From assembly GCA_030599585.1 (NCBI GenBank), contig JAUVNS010000005.1:96001-160000 (forward strand): DNA of 64,000 nucleotides. The letters are read 5' to 3'. Each line of letters opens with the position of its first letter. The first letter of the stretch is position 1. Of the stretch, positions 38,801 through 49,466 are shown piece by piece. This stretch comes from Promethearchaeota archaeon. GTDB taxonomy: Archaea; Asgardarchaeota; Lokiarchaeia; Sigyniarchaeales; SOKP01. The notes under the pieces were generated by a model that searched no databases, was not told the DNA's origin, and saw nothing but the letters and a program-made list of their open reading frames with translations. Position numbers and translations under genes: made by a program.

Positions 38801-40231
38801 TTAAGATTGATTCCCAATTACTATTTTTATTAATTCTGTGGTTGTTTCACAGAAAATCCGGGCAAAAGTATCAACTTTTGACTCACAAATAACTCTAATT
38901 ATTGGCTCTGTATTTGACGGGTGGATGAGAACAAACCAATCTTTTTCTTTACCAAACCTTAGATCATTACCATATTGACTAACTTCTTCACCTTCGTTAA
39001 TCAATTCTTGCTTAATTCCAGCTATAATTACTTTGACATCCTTAGGATTGATGGAAATTTTTCTTCGATGGGAAAAGAACTTTGGAAGTTGAGCGACAAG
39101 ATTCGATATACTCTCTTCTGTATCAAGCATAATTTCAATAATTTTAGCTGCTGCAAAAAGACCGTCCCTAGTATTGTTAAAATCGGGAAACATAACCCCT
39201 CCACATGAGCCTTCTCCGCCAAATATTAAAGATTTTGGTCCATCATTCAAGAGTTTATGCATTTTTTCGACCAAAAAAACCTCTCCGATTTGGGTTCTTA
39301 TTACTTGTGCATTGTATTTCTCAGCTATAACTTCAAACATAAGCGAAGAAGCTAAATTTGTAACAAATATGAATTCTTTTGCTTCGTTAATATTATTCTT
39401 CATTAAATGTTCTGTTATAAGCGCTAATCCAATATCTTCAGGGTAACAAACCCCATTTTCACCTATAATTGCAAGGCGATCTGCATCCGAATCGTGGGCG
39501 AAACCTACGTCAAATTTACCTTGCCAAACTTCCATAATTATATCTTTAAGGTTTTTAGATATTGGTTCAATCTCTCTTGGAAAAGTATCATTTACAAGTA
39601 GATCGTTATTGATAACTTTTACTTCACACCCCAGACCAGCAAGAATTTGATGTGTAGCATATTTTCCTGCTCCTGCCCCCGTATCAAGGACTACTCTAAG
39701 ATTATTCTCTTTTTTTATTTTTTTTATGTTTATATGGTTATAAAGTGCTTTGATGTAATTTGGAATAGGGTTAATGAATCTTACATTTTTCTTTATTGCC
39801 TTTTTATTCGTGTGATAATTTCTAAAATTGGCACTCTTTAAAGAAAGAGAAATTTCTTCTAGATCACGATTATGTAAATAAGATATTGGAGATAATAGTT
39901 TTAGGCCGTTCCATTCCGGTGAATTGTGAGATCCTGTAATTATGATTCCGAGGGGAACTTTTAACTGATTTTTAGTATGAATGATAATTGGTGTTGGACA
40001 TATACCAACATTGATTACCTTGAAATCCGTTGCAACCAATCCTTCTACTATACCTTTCTCGATAGACTTACCACTAGGTCTCGTGTCTCGCCCTACTATA
40101 ACTTCTCTATTCACACTATCAAAAATTTTACCAAACGAGATAGCAATTTTATTTGCGACTTCAAAGTTAAGATCTTTTCCAGATAACCCTCGGATTCCAC
40201 TAAAAGTGAAAATTAAGCTACTCCCTTCCAT
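38801..40231 (-). CDS. Phosphohexomutase (PMM/PGM/GlmM family)
   Basis: SGIRG, GRDTR, TGSHN, HDSDADR, GGEG, RDG, PSNTEP. Confidence 0.9.
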   Translation of the reverse strand: MEGSSLIFTFSGIRGLSGKDLNFEVANKIAISFGKIFDSVNREVIVGRDTRPSGKSIEKGIVEGLVATDFKVINVGICPTPIIIHTKNQLKVPLGIIITGSHNSPEWNGLKLLSPISYLHNRDLEEISLSLKSANFRNYHTNKKAIKKNVRFINPIPNYIKALYNHINIKKIKKENNLRVVLDTGAGAGKYATHQILAGLGCEVKVINNDLLVNDTFPREIEPISKNLKDIIMEVWQGKFDVGFAHDSDADRLAIIGENGVCYPEDIGLALITEHLMKNNINEAKEFIFVTNLASSLMFEVIAEKYNAQVIRTQIGEVFLVEKMHKLLNDGPKSLIFGGEGSCGGVMFPDFNNTRDGLFAAAKIIEIMLDTEESISNLVAQLPKFFSHRRKISINPKDVKVIIAGIKQELINEGEEVSQYGNDLRFGKEKDWFVLIHPSNTEPIIRVICESKVDTFARIFCETTTELIKIVIGNQS

Positions 40232-40254
40232 GATTTATCGTGGATTGAAAACAT

Positions 40255-41295
40255 TTATAAGATTAATGGATTCCCTTCCAATTTATATTTAACCAGCGTT
40301 AAAGCTCCCATTACGCCTATTTCGTCTAAATTTTTTGTTACTTTAAGTTGAGGTGGAGTATTAATGGTAAATAAGATAGGTTCTGTTTTGAATTGTTCAA
40401 TCACAGGTGGTAGAATTAAATCATTATCATTCATCATAGCTCCTCCAAAATATATAGAAGCAGAGTCATAAAAATTGTTCACTAAACCAACCCCTACTTT
40501 AGTATAAAAGATGCATTGGGCTACTATACTTTTGGAAAATTTATCTCCTCCTCTTGCTGCTTGGAACAGTTCTTTTGCAGTGATCTTTGTTTCGTCGCTA
40601 TCAACCATGAACATTAAAATTTTTGAACTGAATTTGGATGTTTTTATTGCTTCTAAAGCTCTGTTTTTAACCCCTGTACCAGAACTATATACTTCCCAAC
40701 AACCGAACGCACCACAATTGCATTGGAAGCTGCTTTGGTGATTTACGATTCCATGACCAATTTCTGCTGCATTACCCTCTTTACCAAGAAGTAGATGTCC
40801 GTTACAAATTACTCCACCTCCAATTCCTGTTGACATCGTTATATAGACTAAATTATCTTTTTCATCGTCACTTGCTTCAAAATAATGAATAGCTAAAACT
40901 GAAGCGTTTCCATCGTTAATAAGATAAATAGGAATGCCCAAAAATCTCTCTTGGATAGGGTTTTTTAGTGGAATTTCCTTAAAACCTAAATTCGCATTAT
41001 TGAAAACTTCCCCGCTTTCAGTATTTATCGGCCCAGCGGAAGCTAAACCAATTCCTAAGATTTGGTCCTTCTCAATATTATTATCAATGAGTAGTTCAGT
41101 GATTAAGGAGATAATAGCATTACTGATCGAATATTCATTTACCTTTGGTGTCTGAGTCTTTTTAACAATAATTGCCTCTTTTTTTAAGTCAATATGGCTT
41201 ATAGCAACTCGAATCCAAGTACCTCCAATATCCGCACCAATAATGAATTCTTTTTTACTCATCGTCTCTTCCATTAGAATTATGAATGTATACAA
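40255..41295 (-). CDS. ROK family sugar kinase (glucokinase-like)
   Basis: DIGGT, NDGN, STGIGGG, EIGH..CNCG..GCWE; start probably 41274 or 41262. Confidence 0.9.
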   Translation of the reverse strand: MYTFIILMEETMSKKEFIIGADIGGTWIRVAISHIDLKKEAIIVKKTQTPKVNEYSISNAIISLITELLIDNNIEKDQILGIGLASAGPINTESGEVFNNANLGFKEIPLKNPIQERFLGIPIYLINDGNASVLAIHYFEASDDEKDNLVYITMSTGIGGGVICNGHLLLGKEGNAAEIGHGIVNHQSSFQCNCGAFGCWEVYSSGTGVKNRALEAIKTSKFSSKILMFMVDSDETKITAKELFQAARGGDKFSKSIVAQCIFYTKVGVGLVNNFYDSASIYFGGAMMNDNDLILPPVIEQFKTEPILFTINTPPQLKVTKNLDEIGVMGALTLVKYKLEGNPLIL

Positions 41296-41298
41296 AAA

Positions 41299-42090
41299 CT
41301 AATAATAATTAATCTCAATATTATCGTTATTAATTAGTTCTCTTAAAATTTTTACGATCTCCCTTTTTCTATTTTCATCAATTGCGTAAACAAAATATTC
41401 AGAAGGAATTCTAGCAATTGAATACACCTGCACCATATCAGGTTTAATTTTAGTTATTAACTCTGCAAGGTGCCTAATATTTTTGGGATTATTGTTAGAA
41501 TAGTAATTTTTATTATAAGAATTAGAAATTAGGCTCTGTATTGCTAATTTCTTATCTGGCATATCATTTCTCAACTTTACCAGAGATTTAACGATTCTAT
41601 TTATATCAGGACAGTCATTATGTGGCCTATTCGTCTTATTTAGATCTTCATCGGTTGCAGCATCTAATTTTGCAAGCACAAGATCAAAATGCTTTACTCT
41701 ATCACGAATTTCATCGATATATAATGTGCTGGAATTAGTAAAAAGCGTGAGGAGGGGCGGTGTTCCTGTCCATTTCAATTCATTTCTAACATCATAAGCT
41801 ACTTTATAGAAATCTAACAAACTCTCGTTTAAGCTCGGTTCTCCATGATAGCCGAAAGTAATTGAGTCCAAATGAGGAACATATTTTAATATGTCTTTAA
41901 GTTCTTTTCTAAAATTTGATGACGGAGGTGCTTTTATTCTATGTTCTGGAGACACAACTTGATATGTCGGGCCGATTTCACAATAAACACAATTGTAGGA
42001 GCATAATTTATATTTAGGTAAGATATCCACTCCAAGTGAGACTCCTAATCTTCTAGAGTTAAATGGACCATATGTATATTCTCTTGGCAT
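41299..42090 (-). CDS. Radical SAM protein (TYW1-related, COG0731-like)
   Basis: YGP..SRRLG.SLG.D, CSYNCVYC, GEPSL, FTNS, KLDA. Confidence 0.85.
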   Translation of the reverse strand: MPREYTYGPFNSRRLGVSLGVDILPKYKLCSYNCVYCEIGPTYQVVSPEHRIKAPPSSNFRKELKDILKYVPHLDSITFGYHGEPSLNESLLDFYKVAYDVRNELKWTGTPPLLTLFTNSSTLYIDEIRDRVKHFDLVLAKLDAATDEDLNKTNRPHNDCPDINRIVKSLVKLRNDMPDKKLAIQSLISNSYNKNYYSNNNPKNIRHLAELITKIKPDMVQVYSIARIPSEYFVYAIDENRKREIVKILRELINNDNIEINYY

Positions 42091-42103
42091 GCTATTTTTA
42101 TCG

Positions 42104-42871
42104 CTAAAAATGATTATTGATAAAATTCTCTATAACTTGATTAACCTCGTTTGGTTTTTCAAGCATTACCATATGTCCAGCTTTGTTTATTATGTGGAGT
42201 TCTGAATTTTTGATGCTATTGCGAAAGAATTTCGAGTATTTAACGGGAGTTAGTTGGTCATTTTTCCCCACGATAATTAAACATGGAACTTCGATTGTGC
42301 TTAGCTTACTTAGAACGTCGAACCCATCGCAAATCTTAAAATCGTTGTAGGTGACATCAGCACTAATTTTAGATGTTTCTTGAATATAGAGTTCTATCGT
42401 TTCTTTTGGAGTCGCGCTATAAAATGCACCAGCTGGTAGAGAATCCACGAATTCTTGATAATTACTTTTTAAAGATTTAAGGATGAAAGGAGCAACTCTT
42501 AATTTTCCTCCTGTATTAAAAAGGATCAAACCTGAAACATCCTTAGGGTATGTAAAATAATATTGTTGAACAATTGCGCCTCCTAAAGAATGACCACACA
42601 AAATAACTTTTTCATAGTTTAAAGACTTAATTAACTGGTGAACTACATCGACATACAAATGGAGTGATAAATCTGAAAAATTATCTGATTTATCATGAGA
42701 AGGTAAATCGAGTGTGATTAAATCATAATCAATATCTAAACTCAATTGATTTTTCCAAGTATATGAACTTCCTCCAGAACCATGTACAAATATAATAGCT
42801 CTGTTACTTCCAGATTTTTTATTATTATAGTAAATCCTCTTATCTTCAATTGTTAAATACATCTTTACCAA
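42104..42871 (-). CDS. Alpha/beta fold hydrolase
   Basis: FVHGSGG, GHSLGG, D.LTP, AGHM. Confidence 0.9.
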   Translation of the reverse strand: MVKMYLTIEDKRIYYNNKKSGSNRAIIFVHGSGGSSYTWKNQLSLDIDYDLITLDLPSHDKSDNFSDLSLHLYVDVVHQLIKSLNYEKVILCGHSLGGAIVQQYYFTYPKDVSGLILFNTGGKLRVAPFILKSLKSNYQEFVDSLPAGAFYSATPKETIELYIQETSKISADVTYNDFKICDGFDVLSKLSTIEVPCLIIVGKNDQLTPVKYSKFFRNSIKNSELHIINKAGHMVMLEKPNEVNQVIENFINNHF

Positions 42872-42985
42872 TCGTAATCAATGATATAAATTTAGTATAG
42901 AGAAAGAAGGAAACAATATAGATTTATCAAATTACTAATCGTTGATATTTAAAAATCAAGATGAATAAAATATTTAAAAAAAGAT

Positions 42986-45532
42986 TTAATTTTGGAACTC
43001 AATATCTCGATGCTGCATCTCTATTAACCGCGTGTATTTCCCGTTTAATGCTAGTAATGATTCATGTGTTCCTTGTTCTATTATACCCTTTTTATCTGTG
43101 CTTAACACAATAATATTATCTGCATTTTTAATCGTTGATAATCTATGGGCGATAATAATTGTGGTTCTTCCTTTTCTGGCTTTATCTAAAGCGTCCTGGA
43201 TAAGCGTCTCGGTGTAAGGGTCTACTGATGATGTTGCCTCATCTAAAATTAAGATTTTCGGATCTGTAATTAACGCACGAGCAAAAGCGATTAATTGACG
43301 TTGTCCAATCGAAATATTTGAAGCATTTTCTTTAAGTTTGGTATTGTATTTCTTGTGCAAAGCTTCAATGAAATTATGCAAACCGAGAAATTTAGAAACG
43401 TCTATCATTTTTCTCTCTTCCTCTGGAGTAGGGTTATCGAATGCATATAATAAATTTTCTCGTATAGTTCCTGTAAAAAGATAAGCATCTTGGGGTACTA
43501 AACCTATCATGTTTCTAAGATCTTTCTTTGTGATATCACGAATATCAATCCCATCTATCAATACTTCTCCATCGTTTACATCGTAAAACCGGGAAATCAA
43601 TTTAGTTATCGTTGTCTTACCAGATCCCGTTTCTCCAACAATAGCCATGGTTTTTCCTGAAGGTATTGTTAAATCTACATTTTTTAGGACGAAACCAGTA
43701 GATTGTTCGTGTCTAATAATGATTTTTTGTTCTTCTATAGCCTCTTTAACTATTTTCGGGATTTGTTCATAAGTTTCTTCGTTGATTTTCATAGATGCTA
43801 ACATTTTTACCATAGATTGAGGCGACATTTGAGGCATACCCCCTCCCATCATTCCTGATTCTCCACCCATTCCACTAGAAGCTGGTGTTACACTTTTACT
43901 TTTCAAACTTTTTTCTAGAAATTTGCTCATTTTTAATATTGATTCAGGGGGTATTGTTGGCATAGAGGGCAATTTTTCTTGATCTTCATGTGCATCCGGT
44001 AGCGTATCGAAAGAAATTTTTAGTTTTGGATTATTTTTTGCAAATTCTGTACCTGGAACAGCATATCCAAATTCTGCAAGGATATTATCTATTAATGAAG
44101 GTGTTTTAGAGGGATCTTGACCCATAAGGCTCATAAATAACTTCTGTCTTATGTTCTGAGGCATGTTCATGGTATTTTTCATCAAGAAAGAAGAATATGG
44201 CTCTGGTAACGACTTCATAAAATCCATAGCTCTTTTTCTCATTTGCTCCATCATTGGATTATCTGAGTGCGCAACACCTGGTGTTTTGGGTGGTGTCATA
44301 GTCTTTGGACTAGTTTGAATTGGATCGGACTCACGATTAGTAATTTCTCCATTTTCCAATATATAACCAAAATTTACGGAATTAAACTTAATTTCTCCAA
44401 TTACATTTTCAATTTGTTTTGGACTCTCATTATCAGGTATTTCAACTCTCTCTTCTAATAAGGTATATATTCTATCACTCGCAGCTAAAGATGCAGTGAT
44501 TATTTCTTGAATCTGCATTAATGTCATGAATGGTCTAAAAAATTGACCCAGAATCGATATGTATGCGCTAAGCACTCCAACTGTAACCGTAATACCAAAT
44601 ATCGAGACATTTCCTAAGACTGCAAACCCTCCTGCTAATAAAATTCCTGCCGTAAGTATGGTTGTTACTAATGAAATTAATGGAAAGATCGTTGCCATAA
44701 ACTTTCTTATTTTTAACATTGCATTATAATTAGCCGTATTAGCTTCATCAAACTCTGAGGATGCTTTTTTTTCCTGTCCGTAGGCTTGAACTACTTTAGC
44801 TCCCGCAATATTTTCTTGAATTGAAGATGTAATGGTCCCAATTGTTTTTCTAGATTCCTTAAAAAGTCCCATTGCTCTCTTTCTAAATATATATATAAAA
44901 ATAAAAAATATCGGGAAAATAATTAAAGAAAGTAAAGCTAGGAACACATTGAGAAAGAACATTATGGTTACTGTAAGGGCTAAACTAACAATACTTGAAA
45001 TTATCGAAACGAATTGACCCCCAACCAATTGATTTAGCTGAGACACATCATTAGTTGTTATAGACATTATATCTCCCGAGGATCTCTTATCAAAATAACT
45101 TAATGACATATCTTGAAGCTTATAGAAAAGGTTATTTCGAATCTCGAATGTAATATTTTGTGATATTTTTCCCATTCCGTACTGTGCAAAATACGTCGTT
45201 ATAGCCATAGCTACAAGAAGCGAAAAGTAAAATGTAGTCATAACTATGATATAAACACTATCTTTGGCCACAATACCGTAGTCTATTAAATTTGCTGAAA
45301 TGATGGGAGTTATTGAAGTTATTAAAGTTCCAAGTAACAACAAAATTAAAAAGGTTACAAATTTCCATTTGTATCCTCTTAAATATGAAAACAACCATTT
45401 CCACAATTCTCGATTAGAGTGTTCTAATTTAGATTTACCACTATCCATCATAAAGCCACGATGCATACCAACCCCTGGTTGAATAATTTTCTTTTCTTCT
45501 TCTTCTTTTTTCTTCTGATTATTGTTACTCAT
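42986..45532 (-). CDS. ABC exporter, fused TMD+NBD subunit with a large NBD insertion
   Basis: GETGSGKT, SIGQRQ, LDEATSSVD, AHR; ATG 45532 has GGAGGA SD and overlaps the upstream stop (track start 45598). Confidence 0.9.
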   Translation of the reverse strand: MSNNNQKKKEEEEKKIIQPGVGMHRGFMMDSGKSKLEHSNRELWKWLFSYLRGYKWKFVTFLILLLLGTLITSITPIISANLIDYGIVAKDSVYIIVMTTFYFSLLVAMAITTYFAQYGMGKISQNITFEIRNNLFYKLQDMSLSYFDKRSSGDIMSITTNDVSQLNQLVGGQFVSIISSIVSLALTVTIMFFLNVFLALLSLIIFPIFFIFIYIFRKRAMGLFKESRKTIGTITSSIQENIAGAKVVQAYGQEKKASSEFDEANTANYNAMLKIRKFMATIFPLISLVTTILTAGILLAGGFAVLGNVSIFGITVTVGVLSAYISILGQFFRPFMTLMQIQEIITASLAASDRIYTLLEERVEIPDNESPKQIENVIGEIKFNSVNFGYILENGEITNRESDPIQTSPKTMTPPKTPGVAHSDNPMMEQMRKRAMDFMKSLPEPYSSFLMKNTMNMPQNIRQKLFMSLMGQDPSKTPSLIDNILAEFGYAVPGTEFAKNNPKLKISFDTLPDAHEDQEKLPSMPTIPPESILKMSKFLEKSLKSKSVTPASSGMGGESGMMGGGMPQMSPQSMVKMLASMKINEETYEQIPKIVKEAIEEQKIIIRHEQSTGFVLKNVDLTIPSGKTMAIVGETGSGKTTITKLISRFYDVNDGEVLIDGIDIRDITKKDLRNMIGLVPQDAYLFTGTIRENLLYAFDNPTPEEERKMIDVSKFLGLHNFIEALHKKYNTKLKENASNISIGQRQLIAFARALITDPKILILDEATSSVDPYTETLIQDALDKARKGRTTIIIAHRLSTIKNADNIIVLSTDKKGIIEQGTHESLLALNGKYTRLIEMQHRDIEFQN

Positions 45533-47267
45533 TAATGTTTCCTCCTTTCGATTTTTGTTTTTGAAACAGAGTTTCATATATTTGCTTATATAATACATTT
45601 GATTTAATTAATTCTTCGTGATTACCGAATCCTACCACGCGACCTCGATCTAGAATTAATATCAAATCCGCATTTCGAATGGTAGATATACGCTGTGTTA
45701 TTATAATGGTTGTCGTATCTTTCATTATTTTTGTAAGGGCTTCTTGAATTTTAAATTCAGTTTCAACATCAACAGAACTTGTAGAATCATCAAAAACCAA
45801 AATCTTAGGTTTTACAATTAAGGCTCTAGCAATGGATAACCGTTGCTTTTGGCCTCCTGATAGCCGTGTCCCTCTTTCTCCTACAATTGAATCGTACCCT
45901 TTCGGTAAAGTTATGATAAACTCATGGAGTTCGGCAATTTGTGCTGCTTCAACAATTTCCTCCTCCTTAGCATCCTCCTTACCATAGGCTATATTTTCTG
46001 CTATGCTCTTATTAAAAAGATAAGTTTCTTGGGAAACTATCCCAATATTTCTTCTTAAATCTTTCAATCTATAATTTTGGATATTTATTCCATCAATTTT
46101 GATACTACCATCATTAACTTCGTAAAATCGTGGAATTAAATTTATTACTGTTGACTTACCAGAGCCAGTCGTCCCTAAAATTGCTAATTTCTTTCCCTCG
46201 GGTATTTTAAATGTAACATCCTTCAAAATTCTATGCTCAGACGTATAACCAAACGATACATTTTCAAAAACTATTTCACCTTTTACATTTTCCAGGGGGA
46301 GAGCGTCTGGAAGATCTTCAATTTCAGGAGCAGAATCAAGAATTTCTCTAACACGCGTTAAAGCAGCATCCGCTTGAACATAAAGCAGCATAATTTGTCC
46401 TAACATCATTAAAGGGAAACCTAGAACGGCTATATAGGAAATTAAAGTGATTATTGCTTCCAATGTTATTTTTCCCTCAATATACCACATTCCTCCTAAG
46501 AAAAATGTGATAATTATCATAAATCCGATAACAATATATACAAGTGGCATGTAAAGCGAGTTGTATTTTACTGAGTCAACACTCGCTTTGTAGAATCTTC
46601 GATTGTTTAGTTGGAATTTCTTGTGTTCTTTATCTTGAGTGCTAAACATTCTAACAACTTCAGCTCCTACGATATTCTCCCTAATCGTATTAGTTAACTC
46701 GCCAAAACTTTCCCGCGTTTCTATAAAAATCGGTTTTAATTTTTTAGCTATAAAGTAGGATATAGTTAAGGATACAACAAAAGCTGTTATCAAAATAAAT
46801 GAAAGTTCTAAGCTAAAAAGTAAAAAACCAACAAAAACACCTGTCATTTGAAGAATCGATTGTAATCCTAAAGTTAAACCCATCCCAAAAATCATTTGAG
46901 TTTCTTCGATGTCACTTGTAGCTCTTGATATCAACTGACCAGTTTCAGTCTTATCAAAAAATGAAAATGATTGTCGGTATATAGCATTACTAATATCTGC
47001 TCGTAAGTAATATATGGCTCTAGAAGATACTTCTGCTCCTTTAAGTCTAGCGGCTCGACTGGTAAAGTATATCAATACTGCGAACAATACAATCAGTAAA
47101 AAATTTATTAATAAATCTGGAGCATTTGTTAATGCTCCAATCATTCTCCCTATAAATATGGGAGTGAATGTGTAAAAAATCGTTGATATTAAGAGAAGTG
47201 TAAACTGATAAATGAAGTTTTTTCTCGATTTTGCCCAATATTTGAATATCATGCGAAGTGAATTCAT
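45525..47267 (-). CDS. ABC exporter, fused TMD+NBD subunit (degenerate-site partner of a heterodimer)
   Basis: GTTGSGKS, LSGGQ, FDDSTSSVD (catalytic E to D), TQR (switch H to Q). Confidence 0.92.
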   Translation of the reverse strand: MNSLRMIFKYWAKSRKNFIYQFTLLLISTIFYTFTPIFIGRMIGALTNAPDLLINFLLIVLFAVLIYFTSRAARLKGAEVSSRAIYYLRADISNAIYRQSFSFFDKTETGQLISRATSDIEETQMIFGMGLTLGLQSILQMTGVFVGFLLFSLELSFILITAFVVSLTISYFIAKKLKPIFIETRESFGELTNTIRENIVGAEVVRMFSTQDKEHKKFQLNNRRFYKASVDSVKYNSLYMPLVYIVIGFMIIITFFLGGMWYIEGKITLEAIITLISYIAVLGFPLMMLGQIMLLYVQADAALTRVREILDSAPEIEDLPDALPLENVKGEIVFENVSFGYTSEHRILKDVTFKIPEGKKLAILGTTGSGKSTVINLIPRFYEVNDGSIKIDGINIQNYRLKDLRRNIGIVSQETYLFNKSIAENIAYGKEDAKEEEIVEAAQIAELHEFIITLPKGYDSIVGERGTRLSGGQKQRLSIARALIVKPKILVFDDSTSSVDVETEFKIQEALTKIMKDTTTIIITQRISTIRNADLILILDRGRVVGFGNHEELIKSNVLYKQIYETLFQKQKSKGGNINE

Positions 47268-47274
47268 AATTTTC

Positions 47275-47814
47275 TCATTCTTCCTTTTTCAAGTTAGTAA
47301 TTTTTTGAATTTTTTGTTTCTCTTTTCTAATTTTTCTCAATATTTCATTTACATCATCTTCCATATATGTCAATGCATTCAATTTTTCTTCAATAGAAAC
47401 GTCCTTCTGCATTATATATTCAACTGGACTAGACCACACGCAAAAGGTTGCTCCTTTTAGAAACGTCTCATGATCAAATTCTAAACCACTTTCTGGAAAT
47501 CGATGTTTGATAAACTCAAATAATTTTCCGATTTTTTGACGAAGATCTGATGATTTTCTTATGCCTTTTTCGGTTAGAAAATATAGGTGTTTAGGTCGAC
47601 CGGTATCCTTACTTACATCGTCTTTTATTGATAAATAGCCTTCTTCTGCTAATTCTTTCATCATCCGATAAATCTTTGAGTGTGGTATATTTCCAAACTT
47701 CTTCAAATCGTAGTAAGTTAATCCTTCTGGAAAATCTTTGACTGTGTTGAATATAAATATGGTTTTTAAATCCTCTGAGAATTCTATGAAGAATTTAAAC
47801 CCTTTAGGCCACAT
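47275..47814 (-). CDS. PadR-like winged-helix transcriptional regulator
   Basis: YDLKK..IYRMMKELAEEGYL..GRPKHLYFLTEKG; start taken at MWPKG (track start 47883). Confidence 0.8.
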   Translation of the reverse strand: MWPKGFKFFIEFSEDLKTIFIFNTVKDFPEGLTYYDLKKFGNIPHSKIYRMMKELAEEGYLSIKDDVSKDTGRPKHLYFLTEKGIRKSSDLRQKIGKLFEFIKHRFPESGLEFDHETFLKGATFCVWSSPVEYIMQKDVSIEEKLNALTYMEDDVNEILRKIRKEKQKIQKITNLKKEE

Positions 47815-47840
47815 TTTTGTATAAAAGATATAAATAAGAA

Positions 47841-47915
47841 AATTTTTTTCAAAATGAAATATTATGAAAGGCGAAATATTCATTAATTTATAATTTTTTT
47901 CATTTTGAAATATTA
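47841..47915. promoter_or_regulatory. Duplicated palindromic operator candidate TTTCA-N3-TGAAA
   Basis: 24-nt direct repeats at 47841-47864 and 47892-47915, differing only in the 3 central bases, between divergent genes. Confidence 0.55.
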
Positions 47916-47984
47916 ATATTTTTATGAAATCCTTTTATAATTAATCGCGATTATCTATATTAAAATTAATATTAAACGATTAAA

Positions 47985-49313
47985 ATGACAGACGTATTTA
48001 TAGCAGACACAAAAAAGGGTGTTAGTAAAGCCGTAAATGAAATCTTTTCAAACTTAACGAAAACGGAATCGATTTTAAAAAGCTCAAAAGAAGTCTATAT
48101 TAAGGTAAATGGAATTGATTTTAAGAAGCACGCATATACATCTCCCGAAGTACTTAAAGAAGTGATAATATATTTAAAAGGCAAGGATGCCAAGATTTAC
48201 GTAATGGAGAACTCTACTCAAGCAAACATGACTCGAATAGTCTTTGCAATCAACGGTTTTAAAGAAGTATGCGAAAAAACCGGCGCTGAAATCGTATATT
48301 TAGACGAAGAGGATACAGAAACTTTTGAATTTAAGGGGAAACCTTCTGCAGAAGATAAACATACGGGATACAATCTAAAGACTTTTAGATTACCTAAAAC
48401 GATCGTTAAAATCATGAAAAATAGGGATTCGATAACATATATAAATCTTCCCAAGCTTAAAACTCATTCAATGGCAGGAGTAACTCTCGGAATTAAAAAT
48501 CAATGGGGATTTCCCCAACATGCTGATCGAGGAAAAGATCATAACTATAATCTACATTCAAAATTAGTTGACGTTTATGAATATATTAAACCAGACATAA
48601 CGATTATTGATGGAATTGAGGGCACAATTCATGGACATTACCCTCCTACAGCATGGGAAGATCGACTAGTTAAAAAATTTAACATTTTAATAGGTGGAAG
48701 AGACACCTTAGCTGTAGATGTCGTTGGAGCAAGAGTTTTTGGTTTAACCTTAGATGATGTCCCTCACCTTAAAATAGCTAACAAGAGAGGATTAGGAGAA
48801 GGGGATTTAAGTAAAATTCAAGTAATAGGAAAAAACTTGGACGAATATACAGAGAAATACCCCTGGGATTTATTACAAGAGTTCCCTGAGAATGTTATGA
48901 TTGTGAAGGGCACTAAATTATTATGTAGAGAAGGTTGCCAAAACAATCCCTTAGCTACTTTACAAGTATTTGCTTATGATCATAAAGAGAAATTCAAAGG
49001 AGGTTGGTTTTTAGTAATGGGTAAAGGTCACGACGAAAATCTTGTAGAAATCTTGAAGGAAAAAGGTTTTACTAAAGGATTAGTAGCAGGATATTGTGCG
49101 ATTGATGAAGTCGGCGAAAAAATTAGGAAAGAATTCGGGAAACGGAAAGTCTTTTTTTCAGGTGATTGCAATAATTTAGCTGAAACAGTTAAAGCAATTC
49201 TTAAATTATCAGGTATGACGGTTTTTGATTTAGTATCAATTTCCACTGAAGAGATAATGTCCCTTATTGATAGTGCTAAGGAACACGGCAGTACCGCTTT
49301 AGTTCCATTGTAA
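47985..49313 (+). CDS. DUF362 domain-containing protein
   Basis: IKVN..T.PE, INLPKLKTH..GVTLGIKN.WG, IIDG..G, D.LAVD. Confidence 0.8.
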   Translation: MTDVFIADTKKGVSKAVNEIFSNLTKTESILKSSKEVYIKVNGIDFKKHAYTSPEVLKEVIIYLKGKDAKIYVMENSTQANMTRIVFAINGFKEVCEKTGAEIVYLDEEDTETFEFKGKPSAEDKHTGYNLKTFRLPKTIVKIMKNRDSITYINLPKLKTHSMAGVTLGIKNQWGFPQHADRGKDHNYNLHSKLVDVYEYIKPDITIIDGIEGTIHGHYPPTAWEDRLVKKFNILIGGRDTLAVDVVGARVFGLTLDDVPHLKIANKRGLGEGDLSKIQVIGKNLDEYTEKYPWDLLQEFPENVMIVKGTKLLCREGCQNNPLATLQVFAYDHKEKFKGGWFLVMGKGHDENLVEILKEKGFTKGLVAGYCAIDEVGEKIRKEFGKRKVFFSGDCNNLAETVKAILKLSGMTVFDLVSISTEEIMSLIDSAKEHGSTALVPL

Positions 49314-49466
49314 TACTACAACAATTAGAAATACATTATTTAGCTTTCAGATAGGATTGGATCTAAAACAATTAGTACCTATTTTTATTACTTCTTCTTA
49401 TTTTATTTACCTTTTTGTAAAAGAAAAATAATGTTTTATTAATAAGATGGTTCAATAAATTTAATA

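Noticed and set aside
43697-44362. ABC insertion as an intein
   Set aside because: No Cys/Ser start with a His-Asn end before a nucleophile, and no LAGLIDADG motifs.
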